Source: Elusimicrobiota bacterium (GTDB lineage Bacteria > Elusimicrobiota > Endomicrobiia > Endomicrobiales > JBDRNC01). From it: a stretch of DNA of 64,000 bases. Every line of letters starts with the position of its first letter. Positions within the stretch are counted from its first letter, which is position 1. The notes below the pieces were generated by a model that was not told the DNA's origin, ran no database searches, and saw only the letters and a program-made list of their open reading frames with translations. A program made the translations under genes and the position numbers. The stretch lies in NCBI GenBank assembly GCA_043811535.1, contig JBDRNC010000017.1:96001-160000 (forward strand). Reading direction: 5' to 3'. Positions 48,356 through 58,169 of this stretch are shown piece by piece.

Positions 48356-50025
48356 CGTTGAGCTCCTCTGGTGCCGTGATCATAATTTTTTGATAACCTC
48401 ATCATTTCTTCGATAGTAGACAGCCCCGATGCGATCTTTCTCCATGCGGCTCCTCTAAGCGTCAGAATCCCTTTTTTTTCTATTGCTTCCGAGATTATCG
48501 CTTCCGACGCCCTTTCGATTATGAGCGAGCGAAGCGTCCCGTCAAGTTCGACGACCTCAAAGACCGCGATTTGTCCCGAATACCCCGTGTTGTTGCATGA
48601 CTGGCAGCCTTTTCCGCGCCAGAGGGTTATTTCGTTCGCTGATTTATCGACTCCCGCGGGTTCGAGACCCATGTTCTGCAGGACATTCCTGGCAACCTTA
48701 TAGGAAGTTTTGCAGTTGGCGCAAATCATCCGCATCAATCGCTGCGAGATGATTGTTTTCAGCGCGGACGATATCTTATACGGCTCGATACCCATGTTCA
48801 AGAGGTTCGTTATGGTTTCGACTGCTCCGGCGGAGTGAAGCGTTGACAGGACAAGATGCCCTGCAATGGCGGCGCTCATGGCAATCTCGGTTGTTTCGTG
48901 GTCTTTGAGCACTCCGATCATTATGATGTCGGGCTTATGCTCGATCGCGTGTTGAAGGGCTTTCGGATAATCAAACAGTTTTTCTTCGTTGAGCTGTATT
49001 TGCGTGAGCCCGGGCAGTATGTATTCTACTGTGTTCTCTATCGTAATGATATCGCGGTCGGGGCGGTTCAGATTGTTCAGCGTAGAATAAAGAGTCGTGG
49101 TGGTGCCGGAGTTGATCGGGCCCGTCAGCAGGATCATGCCGTTCGAAGACTCAATATTTTTTCTGAACATCGCGAATGTTTCCGGTTCAAAGCCAAGTTT
49201 GGAAAAATCCGTGCCCGGCAGCGACGGATCAAGGATCTGAAGCGTCAGCCTTTCTCCGAGGATTGTCGGTATCGCTGAAACCTTAATATGTATGTCCTTG
49301 TCCCCGATTTTTATTTTCGAGTGTCCCTGGGCAGGGGTGAATGACTGTTCCGGATCAATCCCGCCGAGTAATTTGAGTTTTTTGGCGATGCCGGATTTCA
49401 GTTGTTCCGATATAGGGGCTTGTTCGTGCAGCATGCCGTCTATCCGGAAACGTATCCGCACGGATTCGGTCTGCGGCTCAAAATGTATTTCTGTCGCGTG
49501 CAGCCGCAGCGCGCGTTCCAGCAGCGCGTTTATCTGTTCTTCGTGGGATTCAGGTTGTTTCGCGCCGGAATCAATTACCGACGGAAAGGAAAAGTATTTT
49601 TTTATCGCGGTTTTAATTTCCGGTTCGGACGCGATGACAACCTGAACATCGTAGCCGGTCATCACCTTAATATCATCTATCGCGAAAATATTGAAAGGAT
49701 CGGCCATTGCTATGGTCAGGACATTGTCGTTTCTTTCTATAGGAATAAGGTTCTGGTGGCGGGCGATGCTTTCCGGTATTGTTTTTATGACATCCTGGGC
49801 AATCTCGCCGTACTCGCTTAAGGAAACGAACGAGGCACCGCATTGTTTGCCGATGAAAGCAAGCATGACTTCTTCGTTGATCGCGCCCATCTGAGCCAGT
49901 ATCTCGCCGAGTTTTCCTCCACCGCGTTTTTGTATCTCAAGCGCGGAGTGCAATTGATCGGTTGAGATTATCCCCACTTCAACGAGGATGTCGCCGAGTC
50001 TTTTCTTAATCGGTTTAAGGCGCAT
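48349..50025 (-). CDS. pilB: PilB/GspE-family protein with MshEN domain; ATPase motifs degenerate
   Basis: RLGDILVEVG...Q MshEN motif; RFRIDG; GPINSGTTTT (no Lys); MIGVLKD (no Glu); GHLVLSTLH; CANC...CQSC. Confidence 0.85.
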   Translation of the reverse strand: MRLKPIKKRLGDILVEVGIISTDQLHSALEIQKRGGGKLGEILAQMGAINEEVMLAFIGKQCGASFVSLSEYGEIAQDVIKTIPESIARHQNLIPIERNDNVLTIAMADPFNIFAIDDIKVMTGYDVQVVIASEPEIKTAIKKYFSFPSVIDSGAKQPESHEEQINALLERALRLHATEIHFEPQTESVRIRFRIDGMLHEQAPISEQLKSGIAKKLKLLGGIDPEQSFTPAQGHSKIKIGDKDIHIKVSAIPTILGERLTLQILDPSLPGTDFSKLGFEPETFAMFRKNIESSNGMILLTGPINSGTTTTLYSTLNNLNRPDRDIITIENTVEYILPGLTQIQLNEEKLFDYPKALQHAIEHKPDIIMIGVLKDHETTEIAMSAAIAGHLVLSTLHSAGAVETITNLLNMGIEPYKISSALKTIISQRLMRMICANCKTSYKVARNVLQNMGLEPAGVDKSANEITLWRGKGCQSCNNTGYSGQIAVFEVVELDGTLRSLIIERASEAIISEAIEKKGILTLRGAAWRKIASGLSTIEEMMRLSKNYDHGTRGAQRC

Positions 50026-50501
50026 TATTTACCTTTCAGGAATTTTTCAAGTTCCGGAGCGACCAGCCCTTTTATTGACCCGCCCAGGTCCGAGATCTGT
50101 TTGACAAGGCTTGATGACAGGAACGTAAAGGACACGTCCGGCATCAGGAAAACGGATTCTATGTTTTTGCTCAAGCGCCGGTTCATCAGGGCCATCTGGA
50201 ATTCATAATCAAAATCCGATATGGCCCTTAATCCCCTGATAATGACCGTCGCTCTTTTTCTTTTCAGGAAATTAACCAGCAGTCCGGAGAATGACACTAT
50301 CTGAACTGTCGGAAGATTTTTGGTTATTTTTTTCAGCATCTCAAGCCGTTCTTGAAGGGTATAAGTCGGATTTTTTATGGAATTGTCGGTAACCGCTACA
50401 ATAACTTTAGGGAACAGGTGCGTTGCACGGATTATTATATCAAAGTGACCGTTCGTAGGAGGGTCGAAACTACCCGGATATACCGCAATAGGTTGTTTCA
50501 T
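50025..50501 (-). CDS. coaD: Phosphopantetheine adenylyltransferase
   Basis: YPGSFDPPTNGH, IRGLRAISDFDYE, SSSLVK. Start moved to ATG 50501. Confidence 0.95.
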   Translation of the reverse strand: MKQPIAVYPGSFDPPTNGHFDIIIRATHLFPKVIVAVTDNSIKNPTYTLQERLEMLKKITKNLPTVQIVSFSGLLVNFLKRKRATVIIRGLRAISDFDYEFQMALMNRRLSKNIESVFLMPDVSFTFLSSSLVKQISDLGGSIKGLVAPELEKFLKGK

Positions 50502-50645
50502 AACAGTATTTATAATATATTTTCGGGATTTTGTCAATCCGGAATATTTAAAAATATATTAAAATTTTAAACATTTTATGAAACCAAACCGGATATGCGC
50601 CTTTTTTCCGGGACAGGAAGCGGTATTATCCTGTACAGAGGAATA

Positions 50646-50700
50646 CTTCGTTACCCTCACGGGGGTGCTGCGCTACCCTCACGGGGGTGCTTCGCTATCC
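50646..50700. repeat. 2.5 tandem copies of a 22-bp hairpin-containing unit at the recG stop
   Basis: CTTCGTTACCCTCACGGGGGTG / CTGCGCTACCCTCACGGGGGTG / CTTCGCTATCC. Confidence 0.85.
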
Positions 50701-52806
50701 TATCTTTGGCAAACCGAATCGCCCGGAGTATATCCTGAGCATTTCGGTCCTCAAGATGGAGTTATCCGCGTTTTTCAGTTTTTCGTCGTTCTTGATAATT
50801 TCCCCGGCAATGGCTCGAGCGTGCTCGATGATTTTCAGGTCTTTCACCATATTCCCTGCTCTGAACTCCGGCACCCCGTGTTGGGCTGTTCCGAAAAACT
50901 CTCCCGGCCCGCGGAGATTAAGGTCTTCTTCTGCGATTGTAAAACCATCCTGCGCGGAAAGCATCACCTGGATTCTCTTTTTGGCTTCGTCGGTTTTTGG
51001 ATCTCCCAGCAGGACGCAGAAAGATTTTTCTTTTCCCCTTCCTATGCGGCCTCTCAACTGGTGAAGCGTGGCAAGGCCGAATCTTTCCGAGTGTTCAATG
51101 ACCATCACCGTGGCGTCGGGAATATCTATGCCTACTTCTATCACGGTCGTGGCTATAAGGATATCGAATGCTTTCGACCGGAACTCCATCATGACCTTTT
51201 CCTTGTCTTTTGCCGGCATCTGCCCGTGCAGAAGCCCTATCCTGTGATTCTTGAAAACCGAACCGGCAAGATTTTCCGCTTCCTTTACGGCTGCTTTGAG
51301 TTCAAGCTTGTCAGACTCTTCAACCAGCGGGTAAACGATAAAGGCCTGATTACTCTTTGAAATTTCCTTTCTGATCAGATCATAGGCCGCAGGCTCGTCG
51401 CGGAAGACAGTTTCGACCGGTTTCCTGCCAGGAGGAAGCTCATTGATGATCGAGACATCAAGGTCTCCGTATAGAGTGAGGGCCAGAGTTCTCGGTATAG
51501 GGGTAGCCGTCATCACGAGCACGTCAGGATTCGCTGATTTGCGCTGAAGGACGGCCCGCTGAAGCACGCCGAAGCGGTGCTGTTCATCGATGACTATCAG
51601 CGAAAGATTCCTGAATTTCACTCTTTCTTCTAGGATCGCATGAGTACCGATGATAATATCGGCTTTGCCGTCTTCAATTTCGCCGTATGTTTTCAACTTT
51701 TCACTTTTTTTCTTACCCTTACCCGTCAGTAGCGAGATGTTAACAGGAAGCCCTTCGGTCATCCTGCTCAATGTCAGGTAATGCTGCTCCGCCAGTATTT
51801 CCGTAGGCGAGAGCAGCGCCGATTGACACCTGTTCTCCGCGGCAAGGAGCATCGCGCTTACTGCCACGACGGTTTTGCCGGAGCCGACGTCTCCGAGCAG
51901 CAATCTGGTCATCGGTTTCGAGTTCATCATATCGGCGAATATCTCGTTTATGACTTTTTTCTGGGAAGACGTGAGTTCAAAACCCAGTTTATTCTTAAAA
52001 GGCGTCAGGATATTCCTGTTTATTTTGTATGAATACTGCTTGGATATTTTTTTGTTCTGCGTTTTTGACAAGGCAAGGGCGGTTTCAAGGAGCAGGAATT
52101 CATTCAGCGCGAGCCTTTGCCTGGCGGATTCGGTGTTTTGCGGTTCCTCCGGGAAATGGATCTGCCTGACCGCGGTTTCTATATCTTCAAGTTTTCCGCG
52201 CTCTTTGAATGCCACAGGCAGAACATCCCAGAAATCCTTTAAGTTATTTTCGAGTGCTGAGTTAACGGCCTTGCGCAGCCATTTCTGGGAAAGCCCTTCG
52301 GTTGCCCTGTACACGGGCACTATTTTCCCGAAATTCAGCGATTCAGCCGGTCCAGGAACGACAATCTCGTATTCCTCCGGATTAAAGCGTTTTTCGCCGA
52401 GATGTATCTCCGCCTGCCCGGACATTAAAACTGTCGCTCCGCGCAGAAAATCCTTCTTCAATTTCGCGAAAATATCATGTTTGTGGTAGGGGTTGATTTT
52501 GCGGTAGAAGTGTGCGTATGCTATCCCGGTCCCGTCGCTTATTGCCGCTTTCAATACTGAAAGCGAAAAGTTGAGCTTGACAACCTCTGTAAGTTCGACT
52601 TTTCCCATTACAACGGCTTTTTGGTTGTGCGCGAGCGCGGCGATTTTCGAGACAATCCTGCGGTCTTCGTAATCTCTCGGAAAATATGAAAGGAGGTCGC
52701 GGACGGTATTGATGCCGAGCCGTGAAAGCAATTTTGACTTTGAGGGTCCCACGCCTTTTAGGTATTGGACAGGTTTATCTATCATTGATCCGGATTCCGG
52801 CTCCAA
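50695..52806 (-). CDS. recG: ATP-dependent DNA helicase RecG
   Basis: LKGVGP, GDVGSGKT, DEQHRFG, MTATPIPRT, QLRGRIGRG, EDLNLRGPGE; start may be 52785. Confidence 0.96.
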   Translation of the reverse strand: MEPESGSMIDKPVQYLKGVGPSKSKLLSRLGINTVRDLLSYFPRDYEDRRIVSKIAALAHNQKAVVMGKVELTEVVKLNFSLSVLKAAISDGTGIAYAHFYRKINPYHKHDIFAKLKKDFLRGATVLMSGQAEIHLGEKRFNPEEYEIVVPGPAESLNFGKIVPVYRATEGLSQKWLRKAVNSALENNLKDFWDVLPVAFKERGKLEDIETAVRQIHFPEEPQNTESARQRLALNEFLLLETALALSKTQNKKISKQYSYKINRNILTPFKNKLGFELTSSQKKVINEIFADMMNSKPMTRLLLGDVGSGKTVVAVSAMLLAAENRCQSALLSPTEILAEQHYLTLSRMTEGLPVNISLLTGKGKKKSEKLKTYGEIEDGKADIIIGTHAILEERVKFRNLSLIVIDEQHRFGVLQRAVLQRKSANPDVLVMTATPIPRTLALTLYGDLDVSIINELPPGRKPVETVFRDEPAAYDLIRKEISKSNQAFIVYPLVEESDKLELKAAVKEAENLAGSVFKNHRIGLLHGQMPAKDKEKVMMEFRSKAFDILIATTVIEVGIDIPDATVMVIEHSERFGLATLHQLRGRIGRGKEKSFCVLLGDPKTDEAKKRIQVMLSAQDGFTIAEEDLNLRGPGEFFGTAQHGVPEFRAGNMVKDLKIIEHARAIAGEIIKNDEKLKNADNSILRTEMLRIYSGRFGLPKIG

Positions 52807-52819
52807 GGCCGGAATATGC

Positions 52820-52848
52820 TTGAATTTTTACGTCAAATATAGTATTAT
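52820..52848 (+). promoter_or_regulatory. Probable rpmB promoter
   Basis: TTGAAT-17 bp-TATTAT; AAGGAGG SD before ATG 52894. Confidence 0.55.
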
Positions 52849-52893
52849 AAATCTTCGTTTGATTGCCGGCAGAAAATAAAGGAGGCCTCAAAT

Positions 52894-53082
52894 ATGTCTT
52901 TCAAATGCGCTGTATGCGGGAAAGGTCCTGCAGCAGGAAAAACAATCAGCCATTCACATAGGGCGACAAACAGGGTTTTCCGCCCGAATCTGCAGACACT
53001 GAGGATAGTCATCGACGGCAAAACTCGCCGCGAATACGTTTGTACATCCTGCCTTCGTTCCGGTAAAGTCAAAAAAGCTTAG
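52894..53082 (+). CDS. rpmB: 50S ribosomal protein L28 (Zn-ribbon form)
   Basis: CAVCGK...[17 protein letters not shown]...[19 protein letters not shown]. Confidence 0.95.
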   Translation: MSFKCAVCGKGPAAGKTISHSHRATNRVFRPNLQTLRIVIDGKTRREYVCTSCLRSGKVKKA

Positions 53083-54125
53083 TTCTTCGAACCCATAGGA
53101 ATATTCATGCTGAGCAGGTATTTGAACACATCAGTCATGTTTATTCTGTATTTCTCGCCCGCGAGCGAGAAAGAGAAATCGTTCAGAATGTATCCGAATC
53201 CAGCGGTAACCCGGGTAGACTCCTTGTCATTAAGATCCTTGCCGTAAGTCCCCATCCTGATTTTAAGGTACTTCCCCAGGCTTTGTTCCGCCCCGAAATG
53301 AATAATATTGGTGTCATCATCCCCCGCTTTCCTGAAATATCTTTTTTCCCATTCGGTCGCGAACGTGAATACCTGGCCGGCATGGAATGAAAACCCCGTT
53401 CTTAAAATAAACGGAAGCTGCTCGTTCTCAAAATCATCCCACCAGACATAGCTAAAGAGATTCTGCAAGGTCACTCCGAAATTAAGCTGGTCCGCGGGCG
53501 TGAACAGGAAGCCGAGATCGGAGGTCATGCCGTATCCGTCGGACAGATCCGTTTCCGGCACGCCGTTCATTATGCTTGCCCGCGCAATCTGGCCGCTTAT
53601 GTATGACAAATTTAATCCCGAGAACGCCGTGTCGCTGTGCGCGTGTCCCGCCGAAAGCGTGAACATGTTTATCTTGAATTCATTTTTTTCCCAGCCAGCC
53701 GCGGACTCCGTTTTCCATACCGAATCGGCGAGCGGCCTCCACGAAAGCGCCCCTTTCGGAGCCAATAGAGCTAGAAAAACGACGTTCTTGTTGCGAAGCA
53801 TCTCGTTTTGGAATATCTCTTCTGTTTTAAGTTCGCTCTGTCTTATTGCTTCGTATGAAACAGCCACGAAATTATTTTCATTAAGCGCAAGGCACGAAGG
53901 GTTGAAATAAATGGACGAAGGGTCATCTCCTATGGAGCAGGCTACGTAGCCCATGGCCATCTGTCGCCCTCCGGGCATCATTCCCAGATAAGTCAGGTTT
54001 GACGTGGGAGGAGGTTCTTTCGCGGAAATTCCCGGCGCCGGGAAAAACAGCAGCACCGTAGCGGCGCCGGCAGCAAATAAGTTCAAAGATAAAAAGGGCA
54101 ATAAGCGATTCTTGCTAGTTTTCAT
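53079..54125 (-). CDS. PorV/PorQ (UPF0164)-like outer-membrane beta-barrel protein
   Basis: Signal-like N-terminus; GGRQMAMG...[11 protein letters not shown] motif; DLG, GVTLQNL, LRTG beta-strand pattern. Confidence 0.7.
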   Translation of the reverse strand: MKTSKNRLLPFLSLNLFAAGAATVLLFFPAPGISAKEPPPTSNLTYLGMMPGGRQMAMGYVACSIGDDPSSIYFNPSCLALNENNFVAVSYEAIRQSELKTEEIFQNEMLRNKNVVFLALLAPKGALSWRPLADSVWKTESAAGWEKNEFKINMFTLSAGHAHSDTAFSGLNLSYISGQIARASIMNGVPETDLSDGYGMTSDLGFLFTPADQLNFGVTLQNLFSYVWWDDFENEQLPFILRTGFSFHAGQVFTFATEWEKRYFRKAGDDDTNIIHFGAEQSLGKYLKIRMGTYGKDLNDKESTRVTAGFGYILNDFSFSLAGEKYRINMTDVFKYLLSMNIPMGSKN

Positions 54126-55173
54126 TTTTAATTGTCTCCATGTCAGGCATTCCCACGCCGATAAGGCCGATAATATCGTCTGTTTTATCCATAACGATAA
54201 AACCCGAGAAATTAATAGGGACAGGCTTTCCGACTTTTGTCTTAAACGTGACTTTCTGGATCCTGATGGCCATGCTGTTTTCCCACCTGTGCCATGGAAG
54301 CCCGGTTCTCTTTTCCTGGTCGGTCAGCACGGTATCTACCGGCAGGCCGATAATTTCTTTTTCAGTGAATCCTAATATCTCAAAGAAACGTTTGTTAGCG
54401 TTAACGATGCGCTGTTCCGTGTCAAGAAGAAGGACTATCCCGGGAAGCATTGACAGGATTATTTCCGAGGAATTTCGCGGTGATATAGAGGTGATTCTGT
54501 ATTTCAGCACGGCGTAAGAAATCATGACCGCCATTACCGAGCTCAGCGGGCCAGCGACAGGCAGCACATATCTGCCCGTCATTGGAAGGATCAGGTTTGA
54601 TATGACCCCGCCGATTATCGGTGTTGCCGCGGCGAGCATGAACCATTTGCTCTGGAGGCGTTCCCTGTTGTTCGGGGATTTAAGCATGACCCAGTAAAAA
54701 AGAATAAAACCGGTGATAAACGAAAGCACGAAATAAAGCGAATAGATATAAATGGCGGGCCCGTAGTCAAAGTAATGCTTCGACCAGTATGTGGTGCGGG
54801 GACCGCTTATCAGCAGGTCTGAAAACCACGAGAAAAGAATAAGTATCAGCGCCGGCAGATAAAGCAATAAATAGACATACTTGTTTCTCATTATTTTTCT
54901 TCTGCGCGGGAATACCAGCGCGAAATGAAGGAACATTCCCGGGAAAAAGGGGGTGATGGACCAGACCATCCTGCCCAGAAACATGGAATACTGCTCCGAA
55001 CCGGAGACCGTTAACGCCGCGTCGCCGAGGTTCCACAGCGCGAACATAAGCAACAGGAGCCCCAGCAGCCTGTTGATGGGGTTGCGGTAGTTGTTGGCCA
55101 GTATCAGGATTCCCAGTATCAGGTTGATGTTAAAGCTTAGTAGGAATAGGAGAGTGTAAACGCCGATTGTCAT
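54115..55173 (-). CDS. HisKA_7TM-type membrane sensor plus PAS domain, no output domain
   Basis: About 7 TM helices with FLHFALVFP and YAVLKYR; PAS-like IVNANKRFFEILGFTEKEIIG; ORF ends right after the PAS domain. Confidence 0.72.
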   Translation of the reverse strand: MTIGVYTLLFLLSFNINLILGILILANNYRNPINRLLGLLLLMFALWNLGDAALTVSGSEQYSMFLGRMVWSITPFFPGMFLHFALVFPRRRKIMRNKYVYLLLYLPALILILFSWFSDLLISGPRTTYWSKHYFDYGPAIYIYSLYFVLSFITGFILFYWVMLKSPNNRERLQSKWFMLAAATPIIGGVISNLILPMTGRYVLPVAGPLSSVMAVMISYAVLKYRITSISPRNSSEIILSMLPGIVLLLDTEQRIVNANKRFFEILGFTEKEIIGLPVDTVLTDQEKRTGLPWHRWENSMAIRIQKVTFKTKVGKPVPINFSGFIVMDKTDDIIGLIGVGMPDMETIKNEN

Positions 55174-55319
55174 GAAGTTATTCCCGTTTATCCGCGCACC
55201 GGAATGCCGCGGGTCGTAAGTGCGTAAAATTAATATTCTTCAGCAGGCATTTGGTGCGGAATTCCGCGCTCCGAATATCTGAAAAAGTTGATTATCCTCG
55301 CGAAAACCCGAAGAGCGCT

Positions 55320-57035
55320 TCATAGCAATTGCAGGGTATGCAGCCTGCTGTAGATGCCTTTTTTCTCCAGAAGTTCATGGTGCGTCCCGATTTCCACGAT
55401 CTTTCCCTTGTCGACGACAATGATCCGGTCGGCTTTTTTTACCGTTGCGAGGCGGTGGGCGATCAGGAGAACCGTCCGGTCCACCATCAGGTGCTCTATG
55501 GCTTCCTGTACCAGTTTTTCTGACTCGGCGTCAAGCGCGCTTGTCGCTTCGTCAAGAATAAGGATCGGAGGATTTTTCAGCATGGCGCGGGCAATAGCCA
55601 CTCTCTGACGTTCGCCTCCTGAAAGCTTCAGCCCCCTCTCGCCGATAACCGTGTCGTAACCGTGGGGCATTTTAAGTATGAATTGATGGGCATTGGCGGT
55701 TTTTGCCGCGCTGATAATCTCTTCGTCGGAAGCTCCATCCCTGCCGTAGGCGATGTTGTATTTAATGGATTCATTGAAAAGTATCGTGTCTTGCGTGACC
55801 ACCCCGATTTGCGAGCGGAGCGAATCGATAGTTATCTTCCTTATATCGGTACCATCGATGGCGATGCTTCCTTCCTGGGGGTCGTAAAACCTGGCGAGCA
55901 GCAAAGCGAGCGTTGTTTTGCCCGCGCCGGAAGGCCCTACAAAAGCTACGCTTTCACCGGATTTTATTGAGAGCGAAAGTTTTTCGATAATATTGTTTTT
56001 TTCGGGATAATGAAAAGAAATGTCATTGAAAGATATCTCTTTTGAAAACTTGGGCATGCTGACCGCGCCTGCTACGTCCGTGACGGAAGGCTTTTCATCA
56101 AGGATCTCGAATATCCTTTCGGCGCCTGCTGCCGCCTGCTGCATAAGGGAGTTTGTCTGAGCGAAATTCTTAAGAGGAGTGTAAAGCAGTCCCGCGGCAG
56201 TAAGGAAAGCGAAAAAGTCTCCGGGTTGCCACGCTCCTTTTGTTACCAGCAGGCCGCCGTAAAACAAAACGCCGGCAAGCACGGCTCCGCCGATGAACTC
56301 CATAATCGGGCTTGAGCGGGCGTCAACCCTGATGAATTGATGCTGCGTGTGGTAATATTTCCTGTTTTCTTCCTTGAAGCGTTCTATCTCGTGTTTTTGC
56401 CGTACGAAAGACTTGATTATATTTATGCCGGCCAGGGATTCCTGCAGGTAGGAATAAAGCTCCCCCATCTGTTTCTGCCCTTTCCTTGACGCGTCGCGCA
56501 TCTTCCTGGCGAACGAGGCCAGCGGGATGCTTGCCACCGGAAAGAAAACCATAAGTATTAAAGCGAATTTCCAGTTATAGTAAAAAAGCACGCCTATCAT
56601 CACTATTACCGTAAGCCCGTCCCGGATGATATTCGTCGGGACGCGCGAAATGGAATTGTACAGCGCGTTGACGTCATTTGTGACCCGCGCCATCAACCGA
56701 GGCGTTGAGTGTCGTGAGTAAAAGTCGTGGGAGAGCGAGATGAGCTTGTCATAAAGCTCTTCCCGGATCTTAAGCGTGACGTTCTGCGCGATATACAGCG
56801 TAAGATAGTTTTGGCCGAAGCCGGCGATGCTTCTTACAGCCGAAACTCCTACGATGGCCATTGTGATTGCGTACAGCATGCGCAGGTCGCGCGGAATCAG
56901 CACTTTGTCGAGCACCCATTGTATCGTAAAAGGAAGGGCCCCGGTCATAGCCGAATAAACGGCTATGCATGCAAGCGCTACCGCGAAACGCCCAATATAA
57001 GGATCGATGTATTTAAGAAGCCGTTTGTAGATCAT
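55320..57035 (-). CDS. msbA: Lipid A flippase MsbA-like ABC transporter
   Basis: TMD plus GPSGAGKT, LSGGERQR, ILDEATSALD, AHRL; follows lpxB. Confidence 0.85.
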   Translation of the reverse strand: MIYKRLLKYIDPYIGRFAVALACIAVYSAMTGALPFTIQWVLDKVLIPRDLRMLYAITMAIVGVSAVRSIAGFGQNYLTLYIAQNVTLKIREELYDKLISLSHDFYSRHSTPRLMARVTNDVNALYNSISRVPTNIIRDGLTVIVMIGVLFYYNWKFALILMVFFPVASIPLASFARKMRDASRKGQKQMGELYSYLQESLAGINIIKSFVRQKHEIERFKEENRKYYHTQHQFIRVDARSSPIMEFIGGAVLAGVLFYGGLLVTKGAWQPGDFFAFLTAAGLLYTPLKNFAQTNSLMQQAAAGAERIFEILDEKPSVTDVAGAVSMPKFSKEISFNDISFHYPEKNNIIEKLSLSIKSGESVAFVGPSGAGKTTLALLLARFYDPQEGSIAIDGTDIRKITIDSLRSQIGVVTQDTILFNESIKYNIAYGRDGASDEEIISAAKTANAHQFILKMPHGYDTVIGERGLKLSGGERQRVAIARAMLKNPPILILDEATSALDAESEKLVQEAIEHLMVDRTVLLIAHRLATVKKADRIIVVDKGKIVEIGTHHELLEKKGIYSRLHTLQLL

Positions 57036-57055
57036 CTTTTTATTGTATCCTTTTT

Positions 57056-58141
57056 TTACCTATCATTCAAGATAATGCCGGCGGCTCTCCTGGAAACGCC
57101 CGGATTCCCAAGGATTTTTCTTATAGAAAGCAGTTGTTTTCTCATCTGTTCGGCCGCGCCCGGGTTTTTAAGTAAGCCAACGGCTGCGGCCGAGATTTTT
57201 TGCGGGTTGGCGTCTTTCTGTATAAGTTCGGGAACGACCTCTTTCCCGAACAAAATGTTTGCCATCGTGATGAAGTTGATATTAACTATCATGCGGGCTA
57301 TCATGTAATTGAAGCGCGACAGCTTGTACATAACTATCATGGGTATTCCAAGCAGCGCGTTTTCAAGGCTTACTGTTCCGGAAGTCGTTATCGCCAGCGA
57401 CAGCTTCCTGCGTTCTTCGAAACCCTGTTCCGATACTACGGGATATTTGGCGAATGCCAGATCTTTTGTGATATTAGGCGGAGCGAATATTTTGAATTCG
57501 CTTGGTATCTTCTTGCCTATCAGCGCGGCGCTTTCTTCAAGTATGCCGAGATGTTTTTCTACAATGTTTTTTCTGCTGCCGGGAAAAAGGCCGATAACCG
57601 GGCGCTGAGGTTTATTTTCTACGGCATGGACGCTCTCCGGTATTGCATCAAGGAGAGGGTGCCCGACGAAGACCGTGTCGACGCCGGCTTTTTTGTAAAG
57701 GTCTTCTTCAAACGGAAGTATCACCAGCATTTTTTTGACGTACCTGGCGATTATTTTTATCCTGCCGGAGCGCGAAGCCCAGACCTGCGGGCTTACATAG
57801 TAATACACCGGGATGCCTCGCCTGCGGGCTTCTTTTGCGATGCGGATGTTAAAACCGTAATAATCTACAAGGACGACTTTGTCGGGAGGGTTTGAGTTCC
57901 AGTATCCGAATACCTTTTCTTTCAGGATGTTCCTGAGGAGGAAATACTGTTTGAGCGGCTGCCAGAAACCGAACGCGCTCAGGTTGACAAGGTTGTAGAT
58001 AAAATCGTCGGAAACTGCTTTAAGCCTGTCTCCCCCCACTGCCGAAATACTTATTCCGGCGTCAATGCCTTTCAGTTCCTTCGCTAAGTTTGCGGCATGC
58101 ATCTCGCCCGAAACCTCGCCGGCCGAAATAAATATTTTCAA
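57056..58141 (-). CDS. lpxB: Lipid-A-disaccharide synthase
   Basis: SAGEVSGE, DYYGFN, SPQVWASR, LPFE, VGHPL, PGSR, SGTVSLE. Start moved to TTG 58141 (GGAGG upstream). Confidence 0.93.
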   Translation of the reverse strand: MKIFISAGEVSGEMHAANLAKELKGIDAGISISAVGGDRLKAVSDDFIYNLVNLSAFGFWQPLKQYFLLRNILKEKVFGYWNSNPPDKVVLVDYYGFNIRIAKEARRRGIPVYYYVSPQVWASRSGRIKIIARYVKKMLVILPFEEDLYKKAGVDTVFVGHPLLDAIPESVHAVENKPQRPVIGLFPGSRKNIVEKHLGILEESAALIGKKIPSEFKIFAPPNITKDLAFAKYPVVSEQGFEERRKLSLAITTSGTVSLENALLGIPMIVMYKLSRFNYMIARMIVNINFITMANILFGKEVVPELIQKDANPQKISAAAVGLLKNPGAAEQMRKQLLSIRKILGNPGVSRRAAGIILNDR

Positions 58142-58169
58142 CCTGTTCCTCCATGGATAACTCAGAGAA

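Noticed and set aside
50578..51360. 260-aa plus-strand ORF
   Set aside because: Antisense shadow of recG that crosses the 22-bp repeat; no recognisable motifs or SD.
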